Shown in pieces: positions 1 through 8,563 of a stretch of DNA of 35,570 nucleotides. The notes beneath the pieces were generated by a model, which was given only the letters and a program-made list of their open reading frames with translations, had not been told where the DNA came from and searched no databases. Source of the DNA: Bdellovibrionota bacterium (GTDB lineage Bacteria; Bdellovibrionota_C; UBA2361); contig JBILDU010000020.1 in the NCBI GenBank assembly GCA_044352465.1, positions 1 to 35,570 of the forward strand, read 5' to 3'. Within the stretch, counting starts at the first letter, position 1, and each line of letters opens with the position of its first letter. Position numbers and translations under genes: made by a program.

Positions 1-1524
1 CAACATGACCTTCTTTTGGTACGCATCCATCGTCGAGGGGGTCGTCATCTGCTGGTAAATCATGCTGACGCCCATCAGCAGCACCATAACCGGAATACCG
101 ATACCGAAGACGTAGAGGTGCTCCGGTGCGGATAGGTCGGTGATCCACAGAGCGAACGGTGCGTGCCGAAGCTCGATCGAGTGGAGGAGCGCATTGTACA
201 GTCCGATAAATACCGGGATCTGGATGAGGACGGGTAAGCAGCCACCCATCGGATTGACTCCGCGGCGTTTGTAGAGCGCCATCAGTTCTTGGTTCAGTTG
301 AGTCGGATCGGTGATTCGATCTCGCAGCGCCTTCATCTCCGGTTGAAGTTGCGCCATCTTCTGCATCGAGTCGAAGCTCGCCTTGGTGAGCGGGAGAAAC
401 AGGAACTTAATAAAGAGGGTAAGCAATATGATCGCGAGACCGTAATTGCCGAGAAGGTCGTTGAACATTCTCAAGAGGGCGAGGAGCGGTTGGGCGAGGA
501 CCGCAAAGATGCCGAGATCGATCGCCCGTTCGAGTTCGAGGCCGTATTTCTCAAGGAGGCGATCATCTTTGGGCCCGATAAACACCCCCATCGTGACGCC
601 TGTGGCCGCTCCGGCCGCTCGCGATGTGTAGTTCAAGCCGGTAGAATCCCGGGTAAACAACCCCGCTGTGGGTCCCGTGGCAGGGATCAGCGCCGCCAGG
701 AAATACCGCTCACTGTAGGCGAGCCAACGCACGGCACCGACATCGGTAACCGTAGCGTCGACATCGTAGTAGTGTTTAACCGAGTCGCTCGAATTGAGCG
801 CCGAGAACGAGGGGAGATCGTTACGAACATGTTCCAATCCGGGGGGAACTCCGTGCGTCCATTCTACCCAGACCGGTTGTCCACCGGGGGTCGGGCGATC
901 GAGGGACACCTCAAGATTGAAGAGATAGCTATTCGGTTTAAAACGGTAAGTCTTGCGGATGCCGATGCCGGACGGGAGTGTTCCGCGTAACGTGATCGTC
1001 AGCTCGGTTTCGCCGCTCCGAAGATCGTACGTTCCGTCGGAGCTCGGTGCGCCCCGACTCGTTGATTCGACAACGTAGGTGACCCTGACGTCGTTCTCCG
1101 TGGCTGTATAGACGCCGAGCGGCAACGGTACCCCCGGTGCAACACCGACCATGTCATAGCGCTCGTTGGTCACCGTATCGCGTCGATAATTTTGCAGCGT
1201 ATAGTGTTCGAGGCGTCCACCGATAAGTGAGATAGAGGTGTGTGCAACGTCGCTCGTGACAGCGAGAGATCCGCCTGCCTTTAACTCCTCAGCTCCGGGA
1301 GGGGTGAGCAGGTTCGGTGCCACCGGGGAGAGGGCCGGCTGCTGGGCGCCGGGGGCTGCGGTTGCGGCCGGCGCACTGAGCGGCGTTTGTTCACCGTTCG
1401 AGCGTTGTTGCTCCTCCGCGTAGCGGCGGACCTCTTGCTGATACGGCGTGAGCACGTACTCGGAGTAGAACATCACGATAATGATGCATAGGAGAACCGC
1501 AAAGGTTGTCCGTTTGTCTTCCAT
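1..1524 (-). CDS. yidC: Membrane protein insertase YidC (3' end runs off the window)
   Basis: Not in the ORF track because it is truncated. ATG at 1524 reads MEDKRTTFAVLLCIIIVMFY. The distal part encodes GVNPMGGCLPVLIQIPVF, ELRHAPFALWITDLSAPE and QKKVML. It lies after rpmH-rnpA-yidD. Confidence 0.96.
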   Translation of the reverse strand, partial: MEDKRTTFAVLLCIIIVMFYSEYVLTPYQQEVRRYAEEQQRSNGEQTPLSAPAATAAPGAQQPALSPVAPNLLTPPGAEELKAGGSLAVTSDVAHTSISLIGGRLEHYTLQNYRRDTVTNERYDMVGVAPGVPLPLGVYTATENDVRVTYVVESTSRGAPSSDGTYDLRSGETELTITLRGTLPSGIGIRKTYRFKPNSYLFNLEVSLDRPTPGGQPVWVEWTHGVPPGLEHVRNDLPSFSALNSSDSVKHYYDVDATVTDVGAVRWLAYSERYFLAALIPATGPTAGLFTRDSTGLNYTSRAAGAATGVTMGVFIGPKDDRLLEKYGLELERAIDLGIFAVLAQPLLALLRMFNDLLGNYGLAIILLTLFIKFLFLPLTKASFDSMQKMAQLQPEMKALRDRITDPTQLNQELMALYKRRGVNPMGGCLPVLIQIPVFIGLYNALLHSIELRHAPFALWITDLSAPEHLYVFGIGIPVMVLLMGVSMIYQQMTTPSTMDAYQKKVML

Positions 1525-1537
1525 AACGCCGCTCTTC

Positions 1538-1834
1538 TTATTTCAAACGTTCTGACGAAATCGTGGCTGCCCCTCCGGCGCACTGTTCGGCTCCCGGAGG
1601 AGCTGTTTTCAGCGGTACCGGATCGTGACCCCCTGCGCACCACGGGTTGCACCGGATGAGTCTCCGGAGGGTCAACGCCGTGCCCCGTAGGTACCCGTGC
1701 CGTTCAATCGCCTCAACCGCGTAGTAACTGCAGCTCGGCTCGAAGCGGCACACGTCCCCGATAAGTGGGGGGATGATCGCGCGGTACCAGCGGTGGAGCC
1801 GATGGATGACGCACATTCCTGTTCGCTGACTCAT
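1538..1834 (-). CDS. yidD: Membrane protein insertion efficiency factor YidD
   Basis: [10 protein letters not shown] and [14 protein letters not shown] motifs; canonical position between rnpA and yidC. Confidence 0.95.
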   Translation of the reverse strand: MSQRTGMCVIHRLHRWYRAIIPPLIGDVCRFEPSCSYYAVEAIERHGYLRGTALTLRRLIRCNPWCAGGHDPVPLKTAPPGAEQCAGGAATISSERLK

Positions 1835-1856
1835 CTCGCCGTCATTTCTATACCAT

Positions 1857-2243
1857 TCAGCCCCGAGGGGTTAAAGGTGATGGTGAAGGTTTCCACAATT
1901 TGTGCGATCGGAGCGCCGTTTTGAACTCGGCGTCGATGGCTGCACTTGAGAGGGCGCAGGCCCCCTGGCGGGCGACCACAACGATGTCGAGCGGCTTTAT
2001 CAGTCCCGGTCGGGTGTACCGAAACACCTCGCGCAGTTTGCGTTTGAGCTTGTTCCGGTAGACCGCGCGTTTGTCTATCTTGCGCGTGACCGTCAGTCCG
2101 AGCCGACTGTCTCCGGTGGTGCTCGGTGCGATGACCAGCAGGAAGTGCTTTGCGTAGATCTTACCCGCGGAGCTCTGAAGACGACCAAAGTCGCTCTTCT
2201 TCTTTATGCGCTGTTGGGGGGATAGTGTGAAACGGTGGCCCAT
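1857..2243 (-). CDS. rnpA: Ribonuclease P protein component
   Basis: [10 protein letters not shown] and [13 protein letters not shown] (RNR motif); position after rpmH. Confidence 0.95.
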   Translation of the reverse strand: MGHRFTLSPQQRIKKKSDFGRLQSSAGKIYAKHFLLVIAPSTTGDSRLGLTVTRKIDKRAVYRNKLKRKLREVFRYTRPGLIKPLDIVVVARQGACALSSAAIDAEFKTALRSHKLWKPSPSPLTPRG

Positions 2244-2318
2244 CGAGGTTGATCGATTCTCCGAGATGAGCCGTGCCAGTTCCGTTACCGCCCTCGGATG
2301 ATGCGGGCGGTGCGGTTG

Positions 2319-2480
2319 CTACCGATAGTGGCCCTTACGCGGGGTGGTAACCGAGATCCGTTTGCGCCCTCGGGCGCGACGGGCGTTCAACACCTTGCGT
2401 CCCCCGGCGGTGGACATGCGTTTCCGAAAGCCGTGAGTGGTCTTTCTGCTCTTTCTGCTCGGTTGATATGTGCGCTTCAT
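2319..2480 (-). CDS. rpmH: 50S ribosomal protein L34 (53 aa)
   Basis: Translated by hand: [53 protein letters not shown]. Below the ORF-track size cutoff. Confidence 0.97.
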   Translation of the reverse strand: MKRTYQPSRKSRKTTHGFRKRMSTAGGRKVLNARRARGRKRISVTTPRKGHYR

Positions 2481-2519
2481 GGTACAGCCTTCGGCCAATT
2501 AACTTAGTAGGGGAGAGGC

Positions 2520-2548
2520 GTTATAGATGTTTTCCACCTTTAAATCAA
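2520..2548 (-). promoter_or_regulatory. Candidate sigma70 promoter of the rpmH operon
   Basis: Minus strand reads TTGATT (2548-2543), a 17-nt spacer, then TATAAC (2525-2520), about 40 nt upstream of the rpmH ATG. Confidence 0.6.
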
Positions 2549-2663
2549 ATCCGCTGGATACACATTTCTTGGTAGTGGATTCGCGCCAAGGGGTATAATT
2601 TTAGTAAAATCAGAGTGTTAGCTTGGGTGCGCGTGCGGGTTGAGCGTGTGAAAAATGGTTGCG

Positions 2664-3638
2664 CTACGCCGTTAAATAAGGGTCTTTTCCGAGGAGGTAG
2701 TTTCGCACGTAATCCAGAACCGCGTTTTCAAGTGAATGAAACCGGACCGGGCATCCTGCGGCAACAAGACGGCCCATCGTTGCTTCGGTGAAATTTTGAT
2801 ACTGACGGTGAAGCTGTGGGGGCATCTCCATGTACTCAATGACGGGAGCGACCCCCATCGCGGCGAACACCGCTCGGGCTAAGTCGTTCCAGGTACGCGC
2901 CATCCCGGTGCCGAGATTAAAGAGTCCGTTTATCTTGGGCTGGTGGAGTAACCACCCGATGATTGCCGTGCAGTCTTTGACGTACACGAAGTCGCGCATC
3001 TGTCCTCCGTCGGCGAAGCGCTCCTCGTTCGATTTAAACAGACGCATTTTCCCGGTTGAGCCTATCTCGCCGAAGGCTTTATGGACGACGCTGCGCATGG
3101 AGTCTTTATGGTACTCGTTCGGGCCGAAGACGTTGAAGAACTTAAGGCCGACGATGTCTTTAAAATGTCCGCCGCGGAGCGCCCAGAGATCGAAAAGCTG
3201 CTTTGAGTAGCCGTACATATTGAGGGGTTTGAGCTGTGGCACGAGAGCGAGATCGTCGTCGTAGCCGTATTGCCCATCCCCGTACGTTGCCGCGCTGCTC
3301 GCGTAAATAAAGCGGGCGTGGCGTTTTAGTGCCCAGGTGGCGAGCTCGCGGGAGTAGTGGAAGTTATTCGCTAAGAGATAGTCACAATTCGTTTCGGTGG
3401 TGGAAGAGCAGGCGCCCATGTGAATGACCGCTCGAGCGAGGGGGGCTTCGTCTGCGCGAATGAGATTCAAAAAGCGGTCTTTATGCACGACGTCGAGGAA
3501 GGTGAGATTGCGCAGGTTCTTCCATTTCTCTCCTGTTCCAAGAGAGTCAACGATAAGAATATCGTGGATTCCTTCTTTGTTGAGCTGGGCTACGACCGCG
3601 CTTCCGATGAAGCCGGCACCACCGGTCACGATTATCAC
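2664..3638 (-). CDS. hldD: ADP-L-glycero-D-manno-heptose 6-epimerase
   Basis: IIVTGGAGFIGS Rossmann motif, HMGACSSTTE, YASSAATYG, PLNMYGYSK, FNVFGPNEYHK, YQNFTEA. GTG start. Confidence 0.95.
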   Translation of the reverse strand: MIIVTGGAGFIGSAVVAQLNKEGIHDILIVDSLGTGEKWKNLRNLTFLDVVHKDRFLNLIRADEAPLARAVIHMGACSSTTETNCDYLLANNFHYSRELATWALKRHARFIYASSAATYGDGQYGYDDDLALVPQLKPLNMYGYSKQLFDLWALRGGHFKDIVGLKFFNVFGPNEYHKDSMRSVVHKAFGEIGSTGKMRLFKSNEERFADGGQMRDFVYVKDCTAIIGWLLHQPKINGLFNLGTGMARTWNDLARAVFAAMGVAPVIEYMEMPPQLHRQYQNFTEATMGRLVAAGCPVRFHSLENAVLDYVRNYLLGKDPYLTA

Positions 3639-3920
3639 GCGAGTGCTCCGTTAAAAAATATTGGGCGAATGGGGGCTGCTGTGGCGGCTCGAGAGCAAGC
3701 TGGCCCACTCCGAATTCTGCTCTTTAGAACGAACCGACGATACCACAGCTGGGCGCTGAGGGGCAGAGCGCCGCTCGATCTGTCTGGGCGCGGTGCCACG
3801 GCGGTGTGGGGTTGATACGGCGCTGGATTCGCTCCTCCCCCTACCGCTGTGCTGCGGCTAATCGACTGAAATGAGCAGCATTTTTGTGGTGTCGGTGCCA
3901 TGAGGGCGTAGCTCCTTTGG

Positions 3921-3950
3921 TTGACACCCCCGGGGGGAAATTCCGATACT
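3921..3950 (+). promoter_or_regulatory. Candidate sigma70 promoter of ctaA
   Basis: TTGACA (3921-3926), an 18-nt spacer, then GATACT (3945-3950), 10 nt before the ATG at 3961. Confidence 0.45.
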
Positions 3951-3960
3951 CGAGGGCGTT

Positions 3961-5016
3961 ATGAATACCGTTACTCATCCCCTTACTGCTTCGCCGCGCT
4001 CACGTCGTTCGGTCGACTTTCGGCGTGGCTTATCGCGTTATTCCGTCTGCGTCGCTTTTGCGGTGGCGCTTCTCATCTTAAAGGGAGCGCTCGTGACGAG
4101 TCACGATGCCGGTCTCTCCGTGCCGGATTGGCCGACCTCGTACGGGGAGAATATGTTTCTGTTCCCGCCGAGCCTCTGGATCGGACCGATTTTTTACGAG
4201 CATGTCCACCGCCTCCTCGCCTCCTTCGTTGGGTTGCTGACGGTCATTTTAGCGGTGTGGGTATGGTGTGTTGAGGGGCGAGCTTGGGTCCGCTGGCTCA
4301 GCCTGGGCGCGGTTCTGGTTGTCGTGCTCCAAGGTATCCTGGGGGGACTGACCGTCATCTTTCAGCTCCCCACCGCTATCTCGGCCGCGCACGGTGTGCT
4401 TGGGCAGACGTTCTTTATCATCACCATCGTTATCGCTTACAGCCAGTCGCGGGAGTGGTTCGCCCGACAAGGCGAATCGACACCGCAAGGTTGGTCGGGA
4501 TACTTCCGGGGTACGCTTGTTGTTTTGGCGCTGGTCTATCTTCAACTCGTGATCGGAGCGGTAATGCGTCATGCAGGGGCAGGGCTCGCTATCCCCGATT
4601 TTCCGAAGATGGGTGGGGCGTGGTGGCCAGCTTTTACGGTTGACTGGATCGCGGGCATCAACGAAGTGCGCCGGGCTCAAGGTCTGGCCGCCGTTGATGT
4701 GAGCCAGATCGGATTACATCTTTTTCATCGCGTCTGGGGGGTTCTTGTGGCGGCGGGGATGCTGTTGCTCGTCGTCCGGCTACGGCGGTGGGGCGAAGCT
4801 GCACCGCGGGTACGCCGCGCGGCCCTCGTGCTCGGTATCTTAGTGCTGGTCCAATTCTCCCTAGGGATCGTTGCTGTAGTGAGCGAGCGGGAGCCCTTTT
4901 TGACCAGTTTTCACGTTCTCGGTGGGGCTCTGACCTTAGCCCTCACGGTCATACTGGCGTTACGGTTATATCCACTACTTCGAAGCAACCCTAAAGCTAA
5001 AGGAGCGGCGGCATGA
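3961..5016 (+). CDS. ctaA: Heme A synthase (COX15/CtaA family)
   Basis: AGLSVPDWP, YEHVHRL, LQGILGGLTV, SAAHG, HLFHR and TSFHV histidine motifs; multiple TM segments. Confidence 0.92.
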   Translation: MNTVTHPLTASPRSRRSVDFRRGLSRYSVCVAFAVALLILKGALVTSHDAGLSVPDWPTSYGENMFLFPPSLWIGPIFYEHVHRLLASFVGLLTVILAVWVWCVEGRAWVRWLSLGAVLVVVLQGILGGLTVIFQLPTAISAAHGVLGQTFFIITIVIAYSQSREWFARQGESTPQGWSGYFRGTLVVLALVYLQLVIGAVMRHAGAGLAIPDFPKMGGAWWPAFTVDWIAGINEVRRAQGLAAVDVSQIGLHLFHRVWGVLVAAGMLLLVVRLRRWGEAAPRVRRAALVLGILVLVQFSLGIVAVVSEREPFLTSFHVLGGALTLALTVILALRLYPLLRSNPKAKGAAA

Positions 5017-5552
5017 CCACTATCCCCCGTGAGCTTGAGCGTGCCACGGTTTATGAGGGGAAGAAGTTCTCGCTTGAGCGTCGTGTGCTCGAGTATTCAA
5101 CCGGCTATCGAACTGTCTTTGAGGCGGTTCGTCATCCGGGGGCGGTTGTGATAATCCCGCGAACCTCTACCGGGGAGCTTCTCGTTGTCCGGCAGTATCG
5201 ACCTGCTCTCGGTGCTGCGATCCTGGAATTTCCTGCGGGAACTCTCGAGGTGGGCGAGAGTCCCCAAGCGTGTGCCGCGCGGGAGATCGTCGAAGAGGTC
5301 GGGCACCGTGCCGGCACGATGCTCGACCTTGGGATCCTTTTTCCGGCCCCCGGATTCTGTGATGAAAAGCAGTTTTTATTTTTGGCAACTGACCTTACGT
5401 CGGCGTCAGCGCCAGCTGATGAAGATGAGATTATCGACGTTGTTCCCCTGTCAGTTGTAGCGGTAAAGGAAGCTATTAAGAGCGGTGAGATGAACGATGC
5501 GAAGTCGATTGCCGCATTCTATCGCGCTGAGCTCCGCGGGCTTCTCGGATGA
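5013..5552 (+). CDS. NUDIX hydrolase, ADP-ribose pyrophosphatase-like
   Basis: HPGAVVI, VRQYR, Nudix box GTLEVGESPQACAAREIVEEVG, PGFCDE, DAKS. ATGA overlap with ctaA. Confidence 0.9.
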   Translation: MTTIPRELERATVYEGKKFSLERRVLEYSTGYRTVFEAVRHPGAVVIIPRTSTGELLVVRQYRPALGAAILEFPAGTLEVGESPQACAAREIVEEVGHRAGTMLDLGILFPAPGFCDEKQFLFLATDLTSASAPADEDEIIDVVPLSVVAVKEAIKSGEMNDAKSIAAFYRAELRGLLG

Positions 5553-5606
5553 GGGGTAGGAAGTTAAGCCCTTCTATCCGGGTCGAGCCTTCGCTAGAGT
5601 GTCTGG

Positions 5607-7034
5607 GTGAGTGATCGAATCGCGGCTGTTTCTATCGTTATTTTCGTCGCCCTCCTCGGGGCAGTGCTCCGTATACTCGGAGGAGAGGGGGACCTGTGGT
5701 TCGACGAGGTGTGGACCCTCGAAACGCTCCAGCGGTTCGATGCACCCACTCAGATCCTCTCGCTCTATCGTCATCACACGAATCATCTACTCAACTCTTT
5801 CGTTCTCAATCTGCTCCCCCCGCTTCAACCTGATATAGTCTACCGTTTGCCCGCGATAGCTGCGGCTATCGCAGCGCTTCCGCTATTTTGGGCGTTCAAC
5901 CAACGTCAGCTCGGGAGCTATTCGCTCGGCGCATGCCTTTTGTTCGCCGTATCGGTCCCGGTTATCGCGTTTTCTACAGAGGCTCGGGGATTCAGTCTGC
6001 TGATCTTCGGGAGCCTCGTGGCTCTCTTGGTGCTCGATGACAATCTGCGTGATGAAGACTGGCGACTCATCGGTCTTTATTGGCTAGCGTGTATCGTCGC
6101 GTTTCTTGCCCATCCAAGCTTCGTGGTCTTTTTCTCGGCGCTGGTGGTGTGGTCGCTTTCCCTTGATTTCTCGGCTCGTTTCACCCGTACTATAGAGATT
6201 CTGGGAAAGTGCCATCTTGTCCCAGCGGCGGTCGGCGCGATCGTGTATCTGAGGTTCTATCAGTTCGTACCTCCGGAGAGTCTGGGAGCGCCCCCGCCCT
6301 TTCTTGATCTTTTCATCTCGGCGATGAGCCTTGCGGTGGGTGGTCCTGAGCTGATGGAGGCGGCGATCGGCGGGGTGTCGTTAGCGCGGCTCGTTGCAGG
6401 CTCGGTCGTCATACTCCTGGTAACCGAAACGTACCTTACCCTCCAGCGAGGTGGGCGCTATTGGATGTTGTACCTCGGTGGGGTCTTTGTGGCGCCATAC
6501 CTGTGGTATCTCTCGCCGCTCGTGCGTACCGACTCGGTCGCGTACTTTCTCCTGCCGACGATCGTGCTCTACCTCGCCCTTGGTTCTTTCGTAGCGCGGC
6601 TGATGAGTTTTAGTCTGCTCAGTCGCACAACGGCAGCGTTGCTGCTCGGCCTCGTCTGCTTCGGCAGTCTTTCGGGGCTCCATCTTGCAAGCGATAGCGG
6701 CCGCGGGAAGGTTCGACGAGCGTTTGCCTACATGGCCCAAAGCACGCAGGCCCCAATCGTTACGATCGCTGGAGATGACGATGTCGGCAACGAATTGTTT
6801 GTCGACTTTTATCTCCACCGGGTCGAGGTGGGGAAGCCGATCGTCTATCGCACCGCGGGTGAGCCCGGGCCCGCTGATGCGGAGTGGTACCTCGTTCGTC
6901 GGGATACCCTCGCAGCTGAACTCGATCACGAGATCGTGATGAGTGGCGGGCGACCATTCGAGCTTAAGAAGATTTTTCGACGGATGCTCCCTGCCGGGAC
7001 GAATCTGTACGTCTATCAACGGGCGGGGGAGTAG
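5607..7034 (+). CDS. GT-C fold integral membrane glycosyltransferase (PMT/ArnT-like)
   Basis: First loop carries DLWFDEVWT; also YRLP and TEARGFSL motifs, many TM helices and a soluble C-terminal tail. Confidence 0.75.
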   Translation: MSDRIAAVSIVIFVALLGAVLRILGGEGDLWFDEVWTLETLQRFDAPTQILSLYRHHTNHLLNSFVLNLLPPLQPDIVYRLPAIAAAIAALPLFWAFNQRQLGSYSLGACLLFAVSVPVIAFSTEARGFSLLIFGSLVALLVLDDNLRDEDWRLIGLYWLACIVAFLAHPSFVVFFSALVVWSLSLDFSARFTRTIEILGKCHLVPAAVGAIVYLRFYQFVPPESLGAPPPFLDLFISAMSLAVGGPELMEAAIGGVSLARLVAGSVVILLVTETYLTLQRGGRYWMLYLGGVFVAPYLWYLSPLVRTDSVAYFLLPTIVLYLALGSFVARLMSFSLLSRTTAALLLGLVCFGSLSGLHLASDSGRGKVRRAFAYMAQSTQAPIVTIAGDDDVGNELFVDFYLHRVEVGKPIVYRTAGEPGPADAEWYLVRRDTLAAELDHEIVMSGGRPFELKKIFRRMLPAGTNLYVYQRAGE

Positions 7035-7753
7035 CTTCCTGACGCATCCCCGGCTGTGCGAATGAATGCTTCGAGATTCACCCCCGCTCCGCGTCCGAGG
7101 ATATGGGCGAGGACCCGGAAGGTATCGTCGGCGAGAAGCTGTGCAGAGTCACGGGTAGTGAGCCGCTCGTGCTCAAAGACGACACGAATCACCTCCTTGT
7201 CTGCGTCGATAAGCACCGTGCGCTCAACCGTGGGGGTATAGCCAAAGAAGTTGGTGCGGCGGCTTCGGAAAAGCTCGAGCCCAAAGCGTATTCGATCGAT
7301 GACGAGGGGCCACATCCGACCGATCCTACGAACGTCGAGTACTTCGCTGAGAGCTCCGTGTCGCTCGATCGCAGTGCGGTGAGCGATGTGGTGGTCCCCA
7401 ACAAAGCTCTCGAACGCTGTGGTGATCGAGACATCGAAAGGTTCGCTCAGGCTCGCCGGTGTAATCTCCTCGACCTCTTCCTCGGGGGTTGGCGTTCGAC
7501 CTGCCACGAAAAGGATCTCTTCTCGCCGTGGGGTGAGATGCGACGGGGTCGCCACGTCGAGTATGACCGTTGGGTCGCGTCCTTTGCGGTCGGTGATGAT
7601 CTCCCCCTTGAGTGCTCCAGCGGGAACTAACTCGTTTACGAGTTCGGTGTAGAGGTCGCCGAGACCCCGCTTCGGCGAGGGGATGAGAAGCTCCAGGTGC
7701 GCGGTGAATCCCCACGGTATGAATGATCGCTTAAATAAGATCGAGCCGTGCAT
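7016..7753 (-). CDS. Hypothetical soluble protein (245 aa)
   Basis: Long ORF with protein-like composition converging on the glycosyltransferase; no motif recognised. Confidence 0.65.
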   Translation of the reverse strand: MHGSILFKRSFIPWGFTAHLELLIPSPKRGLGDLYTELVNELVPAGALKGEIITDRKGRDPTVILDVATPSHLTPRREEILFVAGRTPTPEEEVEEITPASLSEPFDVSITTAFESFVGDHHIAHRTAIERHGALSEVLDVRRIGRMWPLVIDRIRFGLELFRSRRTNFFGYTPTVERTVLIDADKEVIRVVFEHERLTTRDSAQLLADDTFRVLAHILGRGAGVNLEAFIRTAGDASGSYSPAR

Positions 7754-8563
7754 AATTCGATGCGCTTCCGTTCGTCTGCCTCACGACGCTTTTGTGCAGT
7801 CGTGGGTCGAAATGCGGACCCAGTCGCCCCCACTTCTTTGTTGCTCGAGCTCTCTTGCCTCATCTTGAGCAGAATGTCAGAGCCGAGTCGTTGCAAAATA
7901 CTTTCGGTTTCTTGAGGGACAACTCGGCAAGCTCAGAGCAGGGTGCTTGATGTAACTCTTTCGCCAGAAACTCTGCGACGCTTGGGCGAATCCCTCTCCT
8001 AATGACTACCACAGGGGATGCCGCGGAAACAGCCTCTATGCTTGGTGGCTGAGGTGAGTACTCCGTGAGCCACCCCCGGGACTCAAGGTCTGTTCTCCTC
8101 GGGTAAGGAGGAGGAGTTAAGCGTCGGGCTGTCGTCGTGAAACCACGAACTCCCGTGCCTTAACGCCATTCATCGGTCGACAGATGTCGGTATTGGAAGG
8201 ACTCCCGAGTGTGAGGCATCCTCGATTCGATTTTTCTTTAAATTCCGGATGGAGGATTGCTATAGCCCAAGTTGGAAAAAACGGAGCGTGCTCGCGCTGA
8301 CTCTTGGGGTGGCGGGCAGACACTTTTTCCCGCAGAGGCAACGTTGCGGCGAAATCGCCGATAACGCTGGGGGCTGCTCTCGCGAAGCTGGGCGTGCGCG
8401 GGTGCGCGAATGCCGCAGTGACGCGGTTAGTTTTCATGCGGCACCGCGAGTGAGCGCGACGCTGGTGTCCGCGTTTCTTGGTCGTCAGGTTCAGTGAGGC
8501 ACCGTCTTTGGGGCAGGCCTTACCGGTTTCTCAATCGAGTTATTTCTTTCGGAGTGACTGCGA

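Noticed and set aside
289..1423. Plus-strand ORFs of 233, 61 and 61 aa
   Set aside because: Antisense shadows of yidC.
2298..2507. 69-aa plus-strand ORF
   Set aside because: Antisense to rpmH.
2525..2600. Possible oriC with DnaA boxes
   Set aside because: Only matches with two or more mismatches, no box cluster and no adjacent dnaA.
3635..3901. 88-aa minus-strand ORF overlapping the hldD start
   Set aside because: No recognisable motif and atypical composition. It cannot be excluded, but there is no support for it.
7980..8215. Fragments resembling fluoride (CTAATGAC) and cobalamin (GCCATT...GGAAGG) riboswitches, and a check for c-di-GMP/cGAMP GEMM motifs
   Set aside because: The other conserved elements of each family are missing.
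8247..8261. GG-N10-GC sigma54-like site upstream of the Tad operon
   Set aside because: The -24 element lacks TGGCAC; too weak to call.
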